From contig JAVLKG010000004.1 of the NCBI GenBank assembly GCA_032128875.1, forward strand, positions 96,001-160,000: a stretch of DNA of 64,000 bases, given 5' to 3'. A program made the position numbers and the translations under genes. Positions 58,045 through 64,000 of the stretch are shown here, piece by piece (position 1 is the stretch's first letter; each line of letters starts with the position of its first letter). This stretch comes from Candidatus Melainabacteria bacterium 17Bon1m (GTDB lineage: Bacteria; Cyanobacteriota; Vampirovibrionia; Obscuribacterales; Obscuribacteraceae). A model generated the notes under the pieces. It did not search any database and was not told the origin of the DNA. It worked only from the letters and a program-made list of their open reading frames with translations.

Positions 58045-59460
58045 TTACTGCTGCGCGCTCATGAGCGGTTGATAGTTTTGATAAATCATAAAGACTGTTG
58101 CTTTGTCTCTTTTTGAGAGAACCGGCCAATTAGTATTAGACATCGAGAAAAACATTATGTCGTGATTGTTGGTCGAATGCCCCTGAAGTCCCATGGAATG
58201 ACCAAGTTCGTGTAGACACGTTTTCTTCATCTCTTCATCGGAAAGTGGCTCTTGAGTTTGTCTGTCGATTGTCAAAATACGAATGTCGGCACGATCGATT
58301 TCGATGCAATCTTTTCCTCTGTCCACGGTAGACAACAGGCAGACTCCCTGCTCGACGTTGTGTCCTGTTGGTTTGACAGAGTGTGGATCACCTGTCCATT
58401 CCGCGGTGAGATCAGCTTGCTCTTTTGAATTGACAAGCACATATTGAAGACGCCCTTGTCCTGCTTTCATCCATGCATTGAGTGCATCGAAAAATCCAAG
58501 GCGAAATTCAGGTTTATAACCTGGCACTCCGTCGCCCATTGAAACCCAGACTTTAATCGGCAAGCGATTAGGCGGCCAGCGGTAAAAGCGTCCATTGTCG
58601 CTGATGGCACCACCGTAATCGAGCGCTTGCGGATCTGATCTTTGCTCCGAGCTTTTTTCAGTCAGTGCTTGAATCATGTTGTGAATTTGATCGATGTCCG
58701 GCGCGTTTGGATTGTTGGAAGCATATTTTTTCAGCCAGCTGACAGCCTTCATCAATTGGCCGCTTGTCTGATAGCACTCCGCCATGTTCAAAAGAGCTGA
58801 CGAGTGACGCGGGTTGACTTGTAATAGATCTTCGTATGCCCGGATTGCACCTTGTGTATCTCCGAGTTCTGATTTCGCGCGAGCCAGAGCGAATAAAACT
58901 ATTTCCGAGTTGGGAGAGATTTGCAGAGCGCGCTCAAGAGTTTGCTTTGCGTCGAAATTGCGCTTCTCCTTCATTTGAGCCTTGGCGTGGGCCACGAGCA
59001 ATTCTGCTTCTACCTCCTTGGCATTGGATGCGTTGGGATTCTCCCTAAGATACTTGTGAAACCAGGGTATCGCCTGCAGTTCCATGCCCGCATCTATGCA
59101 TGCGTATGCGGCATTCAAACATGCTTCAGGAAATGGGTTCCGCAAGCGCACAGCTTGCTGATAACACTCTATAGCTCTCGTGTATTCTCGAGACCGCAAA
59201 TGGGCATTGCCCAGCTCGAAATGCAAAATCGCCGAACGCGGCATTGCTGCCAACTCGCCGTTGAGAAAGAAAATCGCATCCTGTAATTTACCGGAGTGCA
59301 TCATACTTTCCGCTTTTTTCGCCGAGCGGTTTTCAGCATTCACTTCCTCTTGTGTCTTTTGTCCTTGTGCAAGTGACTGATTCGACAAGTTAAGGAGAGT
59401 ACATGCCGAGAAGAGCATGAGCATGCATGTATGAATCGACTTTCTTGATTGCCTGTACAT
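58045..59460 (-). CDS. TPR + matrixin (M10 metzincin) protease, exported
   Basis: Signal peptide, TPRs, RWP..PIKV, HELGHSMGLQGHS, Met-turn DIMF. Confidence 0.9.
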   Translation of the reverse strand: MYRQSRKSIHTCMLMLFSACTLLNLSNQSLAQGQKTQEEVNAENRSAKKAESMMHSGKLQDAIFFLNGELAAMPRSAILHFELGNAHLRSREYTRAIECYQQAVRLRNPFPEACLNAAYACIDAGMELQAIPWFHKYLRENPNASNAKEVEAELLVAHAKAQMKEKRNFDAKQTLERALQISPNSEIVLFALARAKSELGDTQGAIRAYEDLLQVNPRHSSALLNMAECYQTSGQLMKAVSWLKKYASNNPNAPDIDQIHNMIQALTEKSSEQRSDPQALDYGGAISDNGRFYRWPPNRLPIKVWVSMGDGVPGYKPEFRLGFFDALNAWMKAGQGRLQYVLVNSKEQADLTAEWTGDPHSVKPTGHNVEQGVCLLSTVDRGKDCIEIDRADIRILTIDRQTQEPLSDEEMKKTCLHELGHSMGLQGHSTNNHDIMFFSMSNTNWPVLSKRDKATVFMIYQNYQPLMSAQQ

Positions 59461-59571
59461 AGAAGCTTAAATACCGACGATTCTGAATACTTACCCGTGG
59501 CGAAAGCCTTGTAATCGACCTTATGGGACTTCCGGGGCGCTCATTCGGTAGAATCAATACGGAGGTGTCCT

Positions 59572-60141
59572 GTGCTTTACGCGACGGCAACTATAAGCTG
59601 GATTTTTACGCTAATTGTGTCGGCAGGCTGGCGAGATTTGGATGCCGGTGCCCGTGCGGCAATGCGTGAAGGTCGTTTGGCTGAAGCCGAGTCGCAGTGG
59701 AAGGACGCTATTGCTCGCGCAGAGAGTGATAAAGAGATAAATCCCGGCGTCGTTGATTGTTTGATCGGTCTTGCCTGGCTATACGACAAACGTGGAGACA
59801 CGGCCGAATCGGAGCGATTGTACGAATTGGCGATGCGAACAGTTGAGGGCGTTAAAGGCGGTGACAGTGCTGCATATGCCGATCGGTTGCCGGATCTGGC
59901 GGCGCTTTACCGTCGGCACGGCAAAAGCTGGCATTCTGATTTGCTGTTTCAGCGCCTCATAAAAATCCGCGAGAATACAAGCGGCAAAATTTCTCCTCAA
60001 GCTGCTTCTGCTCTTGAGATGTATAGCCGTTTTTTGCAATCAGAAGGTCGCCAGGCAGAAGCAACGAAAATGGCAGAGAAGGCGCATACAATTAGGGATT
60101 CGCTTAGAGATTCGCAGTCTGATACGCCACCAGTGCAGTAG
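59572..60141 (+). CDS. TPR protein
   Basis: LAWLYDKRG...SERLYELA, LAALYRRHG. Confidence 0.78.
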   Translation: MLYATATISWIFTLIVSAGWRDLDAGARAAMREGRLAEAESQWKDAIARAESDKEINPGVVDCLIGLAWLYDKRGDTAESERLYELAMRTVEGVKGGDSAAYADRLPDLAALYRRHGKSWHSDLLFQRLIKIRENTSGKISPQAASALEMYSRFLQSEGRQAEATKMAEKAHTIRDSLRDSQSDTPPVQ

Positions 60142-60212
60142 TTCACTGGATAAAACGGTAAAAGGCAGACTGTCTTATGTTTCTTTATCGAACTTCAACG
60201 GGGGATATTCGG

Positions 60213-61001
60213 ATGAAGACGGACGAAGTTGCTGCCTATTGGGAGAAAAACGCAACCGCCTGGACGACTATGGCTCGACAGGGTTTTGATGTTTGTCGAA
60301 ACCATTTGAACGCGCCTGGTTTTCTTAAAATGCTCCCTGATGTGAATGGGCTTAAAGGGCTGGACGTTGGCTGCGGTGAAGGTTTTAACACGCGCATGGT
60401 GGCTGCTCGTGGTGCGCAAATGACGGGGATAGACATCCGCCAGAAGTTTCTCGATTACGCTAAAGAGAATGAAAAGACTGAATCTCACGGCATCACCTTT
60501 CAGCACGCCAGCGCTCAAGCATTACCTTTCGCAGATGATAGTTTTGATTTTGTTATGTCCACGATGGCGATGATGGACATGCCTGATATTCCGCGCGCGG
60601 CACGCGAGGTTTTTCGTGTTTTGAAACCGGGTGGCTTTTTTCAGTTTTCCATCTGCCATCCGTGTTTTCAAACTTCTCTATTCGAGTGGACTCGCGATGA
60701 AAATGGTGACCCCACTGGGCTTATCTGCGGAGACTATTTCCACGAAGAAATGGAAAAGATTTTGGAATGGACGTTTACGAACGCTCCTGAAGAGATGAAA
60801 AACGAATTTGGCAATTTTGTGATTCCCACCTATTACAAAACCTTGAGCGGTTGGCTGAACATGCTTCTCGACATCGGTTTTGTGTTGGAAAGATTTTTGG
60901 AGCCTTGTCCTGACGCGCAAACGCTGGAAAAGTATCCTGCTTTGAAAGGCGCTGCAAAGGTTGCTCTATTTCTCCATATTCGTTGTCGCAAACCGTTTTG
61001 A
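60213..61001 (+). CDS. Class I SAM-dependent methyltransferase
   Basis: LDVGCGEG, GIDI, LPFADDSFD, RVLKPGG, HPCF. Confidence 0.92.
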   Translation: MKTDEVAAYWEKNATAWTTMARQGFDVCRNHLNAPGFLKMLPDVNGLKGLDVGCGEGFNTRMVAARGAQMTGIDIRQKFLDYAKENEKTESHGITFQHASAQALPFADDSFDFVMSTMAMMDMPDIPRAAREVFRVLKPGGFFQFSICHPCFQTSLFEWTRDENGDPTGLICGDYFHEEMEKILEWTFTNAPEEMKNEFGNFVIPTYYKTLSGWLNMLLDIGFVLERFLEPCPDAQTLEKYPALKGAAKVALFLHIRCRKPF

Positions 61002-61077
61002 GCTGTGGATCTGCTATCTTTCTTACACTTAGTCTTTGTATTGTCAGTAGAATATGACTACGTATCGCTACTGAGTT

Positions 61078-62286
61078 ATGCCTGGGGGCAAGGTGTCTAA
61101 GCGGCCGATTCCGGTATTGATTGGTGACCTTTTGGTTAAGTCTGACTTGATCAGTCTTGGTCAGCTCGCCGACGCATTGCCGATTTCGCAGAAGACAGGA
61201 TTGCCGGTCGGTCGCGTACTTGTTTCTTCCGGGTTCATCACTGAAGACCGGCTGCATTCTGCGCTCATGGCTCAAAGTTTGATCCGTGACAAGCTGCTGA
61301 ATGTTGAATACGCTGTCCTGGCATTGCGTAAGACAGGCGAGAAAGACATCAATCTCGATGATGCTTTGCGTGAGGTCGGCTGGCGATCGGAGTATTTTGA
61401 GTTTACGAACAAGCTGGGACAGTTGCTTGTAGAAGCAGAGCTTGTCAACACGGACCAGTTAGAAGACGCGCTTCAAACATGCTTTAACACCGGGCTGCCG
61501 CTCGGTCGAATTCTTGTTCTCAAAGGCGTCATGAACGACATGACGGCGTATGCTGCACTGACGGCGCAGCAACTGATTCGCCAGGGAAAAATTACACGCC
61601 AGCAGGCAATGGAAGCGCTTGCAGTCTCAGCAGAAAAGAACACTTCATTGGAAGAGTCTTTGGCTTTGCATGGTCATTACCAAGTTCAGCAAAACAATGC
61701 AGTCAGACTTGGTGAGCTTCTTGTTCTTGCCGAATTGGTAAGCGAAATTGATTTGCTTACTGCCGTAGAACGCGGCATTGTTGATGAACTGCCAATTGGG
61801 CAGGTTCTTACTCAAGCAAAATTGATCAGTTATTCAACTCTGGTCGACGCGCTCAAAGTGCAAGAACTTGTTTGCGCTCGGGTTTTGAACCCGCTGGAAG
61901 CTGCCGAAGTTTTGAAATTGACCAAGGCTCGTGGTATTGCCATTCCGCAAGCTGTCTCTGAGGTGACCAAGCGAACTCAGACCGAGAAGAGTCGCGGCTT
62001 GACCATGCTGGAGCTTTTGAAGATGGTGCGCTTGATTCCGGATACCGACATGGAAATGGTGCTGCAGCAGAGCAGCCGTACGGGCACTCCTGTGGAGAAT
62101 ATCCTTCTCACTACCGGTCTTATCGATTCAGCTACGCTGCAGGTTGCACTGCGCTGCCACCAGTTGATGAGCGACGGTTATTTGACGCACGAACAAGCAA
62201 TCTTCGCGTTGCACCACTACGTCTGGAGCAAAGAAGATTTTCAGTTGATTATGGAAAAACTGGGCTGGGTTTCGCCTCAGCGTTAG
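61078..62286 (+). CDS. Protein of four tandem MshEN-like modules
   Basis: IGDLLV/VGRVLV, KLGQLLV/LGRILV, RLGELLV/IGQVL, and a degenerate fourth module. Confidence 0.78.
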   Translation: MPGGKVSKRPIPVLIGDLLVKSDLISLGQLADALPISQKTGLPVGRVLVSSGFITEDRLHSALMAQSLIRDKLLNVEYAVLALRKTGEKDINLDDALREVGWRSEYFEFTNKLGQLLVEAELVNTDQLEDALQTCFNTGLPLGRILVLKGVMNDMTAYAALTAQQLIRQGKITRQQAMEALAVSAEKNTSLEESLALHGHYQVQQNNAVRLGELLVLAELVSEIDLLTAVERGIVDELPIGQVLTQAKLISYSTLVDALKVQELVCARVLNPLEAAEVLKLTKARGIAIPQAVSEVTKRTQTEKSRGLTMLELLKMVRLIPDTDMEMVLQQSSRTGTPVENILLTTGLIDSATLQVALRCHQLMSDGYLTHEQAIFALHHYVWSKEDFQLIMEKLGWVSPQR

Positions 62287-62335
62287 TTCTTACGCGTGAG
62301 CGCAAGTCTTTTGCGTGAAGACTCTGTCTTTCGCT

Positions 62336-63034
62336 TTATTCAGCGACCCAAACTTTATCTCCGCCCTGCATTTTAGCCATGGTGCAGGCCTGATATGCCT
62401 TTTGAATCAACTCGTCCGGTGAAGGTGAATGATCTGGGAAAGCGGAGACTCCGATACTGACGGTAACGCTCCAGTTTTGACCCATTTCGGAGATGCGTTC
62501 ATAGCTGACTTTGGAGCGAATGCGCTCTGCCAAAACCAGTGTTCCTTTGAGGTCAGTGTTGGGCAGCACGACTGCGAAGTGGTCGGCATCGTAGCGAGCC
62601 GGAATGTCCACGTCGCGGATCATCTTCATGATGAAGTTGGAGAGTCCTTTTAGGATTGAGTCGGAAACAAGTTTTCCGTGTGATTGCTCAACTTGTTCGA
62701 GTTGATCGACTCTGATGATCAAAAGCGCTTCGTTTTGCTTGTAGCGGCGCGAGCGCTTCAATTCATCTTTGAAGATTCGCATGATCGAATCATGGTTGTA
62801 GAGTTCAGTCAGGCTGTCGAGCAAAGCCAGCTTCTGTATATCTGCTGACGAATTGCTGGAGACAAAGGCTTGTGCGCCGGAAAGCAACTGGCTTTGCTCG
62901 AGTTCTCTTACGCGCGCCATCGGATCGATTTGTTGTTTTCTCTTGATCTCACCTGTGGTGCGGAGTTGATCAAGCTTTTGTCTGAACAAGCTTTCTCTGC
63001 CGAAAAGTGCGTCTTCTTTGCCACCGCGTGTCAT
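62336..63034 (-). CDS. Degenerate GGDEF-domain protein
   Basis: DSLTELYN, ELKRSRRY, RDVD I-site, active site RYDADHF, VTVSIGV. Confidence 0.87.
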   Translation of the reverse strand: MTRGGKEDALFGRESLFRQKLDQLRTTGEIKRKQQIDPMARVRELEQSQLLSGAQAFVSSNSSADIQKLALLDSLTELYNHDSIMRIFKDELKRSRRYKQNEALLIIRVDQLEQVEQSHGKLVSDSILKGLSNFIMKMIRDVDIPARYDADHFAVVLPNTDLKGTLVLAERIRSKVSYERISEMGQNWSVTVSIGVSAFPDHSPSPDELIQKAYQACTMAKMQGGDKVWVAE

Positions 63035-63504
63035 CCGTACACCCCAAAACACTGAGTAGATCTATAACTGCTGAATTATACTGCAAGGTCCCTTTGGGCA
63101 GGACCGATTGCAACACCGATGCAAATTACATTGGCATGTTCTCAATGAGAAAAAGTCCAGAAATCCTTGATTGCCAAGGGGTTTGGTTGTCATTAAACGT
63201 AGTACTATTTAGATATTGGTCAAATATCTTTTGACACATAACATGTTTTTTCACTTCTAGTTATCAAGCCCCCGCGCACCCCGGAACAAAAGCGTCCCTC
63301 GTGATGTCAGTGGCTTTACTGGAACTCCCCGGTCTAATGAAAGGGACAGTTAGCTCTTGATAAACTTATTCCTACCGGAAATACCGGGAAAAATCGGCTG
63401 CTGTCAAGGTAAAGTCATAGCTTCCGATGGAGACCTGAAAAAAACATACTGGCCACATCTAAACAAATTGACTTCACTTCGTACTTCCAAGGTTCTATAA
63501 GCCG

Positions 63505-64000
63505 ATGAATTCAACAGCCAAGCGGCGCGTGTCGCTCCACAAGAGCTTTACGTTACTGACATTGTTTTTTGTCATTTCAACGTTCATGCCAAACAATGCA
63601 GCACTTGCAGGTTCTGCGCTCTCTGATGCCGAAAAGCTCGCCAAAGGTGAAGTTGTTGTCGGTGTGAAAAATGTTGGCAGCACCAAGTATGTAACCGGCA
63701 CAATTTTGCTAGACCAGTCGCCAGAGCAAGTCTGGCCTGTCATGGTCAATCCCTTCGAGTTTCAAGGCAAGATTTCTCCACGTATGAAGACCGTGGATGT
63801 AATGCTCGACAAAGAAGATCAGTCGATTATGAAGGTGACGCTCGATCTCGGCGTTTTCATTCCGAATTTCAGTTATACAGTTGATTCCCACTACACACGC
63901 AAAGAGGGTCTCATCTCATTTAAGCGTCTAGGTGGAACTCTCAAGGATTTCAGCGGTACGTGGGAAATGAAGCCTGCTGATAATGGCAAAACCGAATTGA
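63505..64000 (+). CDS. SRPBCC/polyketide cyclase-family protein, runs off the window edge
   Basis: Manual translation: MNSTAKRR...signal-like segment...GTILLDQSPEQVWPVM...ISFKRLGGTLKDFSGTWEM. Confidence 0.78.
   Translation, partial: MNSTAKRRVSLHKSFTLLTLFFVISTFMPNNAALAGSALSDAEKLAKGEVVVGVKNVGSTKYVTGTILLDQSPEQVWPVMVNPFEFQGKISPRMKTVDVMLDKEDQSIMKVTLDLGVFIPNFSYTVDSHYTRKEGLISFKRLGGTLKDFSGTWEMKPADNGKTEL

Noticed and set aside
63261-63440. SAM-I, c-di-GMP-I or cobalamin riboswitch
   Set aside because: Only isolated words match (TTATCAAG, CCGGTCTAA, GGAGACCTG). The conserved cores are missing.
1-64000. tRNA-Sec or selA/selB/selD in the window
   Set aside because: None recognised. The Sec machinery would have to be elsewhere in the genome, so the selenoprotein call is unconfirmed.

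Overview
Bacterial chromosome segment of about 50% GC with roughly 55 CDSs. I found no rRNA, tRNA, CRISPR array or prophage. The content suggests a non-photosynthetic Cyanobacteriota relative (Vampirovibrionia/Melainabacteria, Obscuribacterales-like). This is inferred from cyanobacterial-type genes (RRM protein, At5g03900-like protein, DUF1574-like protein), many TPR proteins and the absence of photosynthesis genes here. Housekeeping genes: asnB (partial), mpg, a sigma70, uvrB, tatA, glyS, and rplJ-rplL with an L10 leader. Accessory content: a phosphorelay operon, two fused M16 peptidases, M20 and M10 peptidases, an L,D-transpeptidase, three degenerate GGDEF domains and a multi-MshEN-like protein. 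Best finding: ORFs 1536-1763 and 1788-2606 are one reading frame interrupted by a single TGA (1761-1763). The TGA sits at the redox position of a SelN-like thioredoxin motif and is followed by a bacterial SECIS-like hairpin, so this is a candidate exported selenoprotein that gene callers would split. Second finding: a RAYT/TnpA-REP gene flanked by inverted REPs, with a diverse REP/REPIN family across the window. One inverted REP pair brackets a low-GC TPR gene. All family assignments come from motif recognition by eye; no searches were run.
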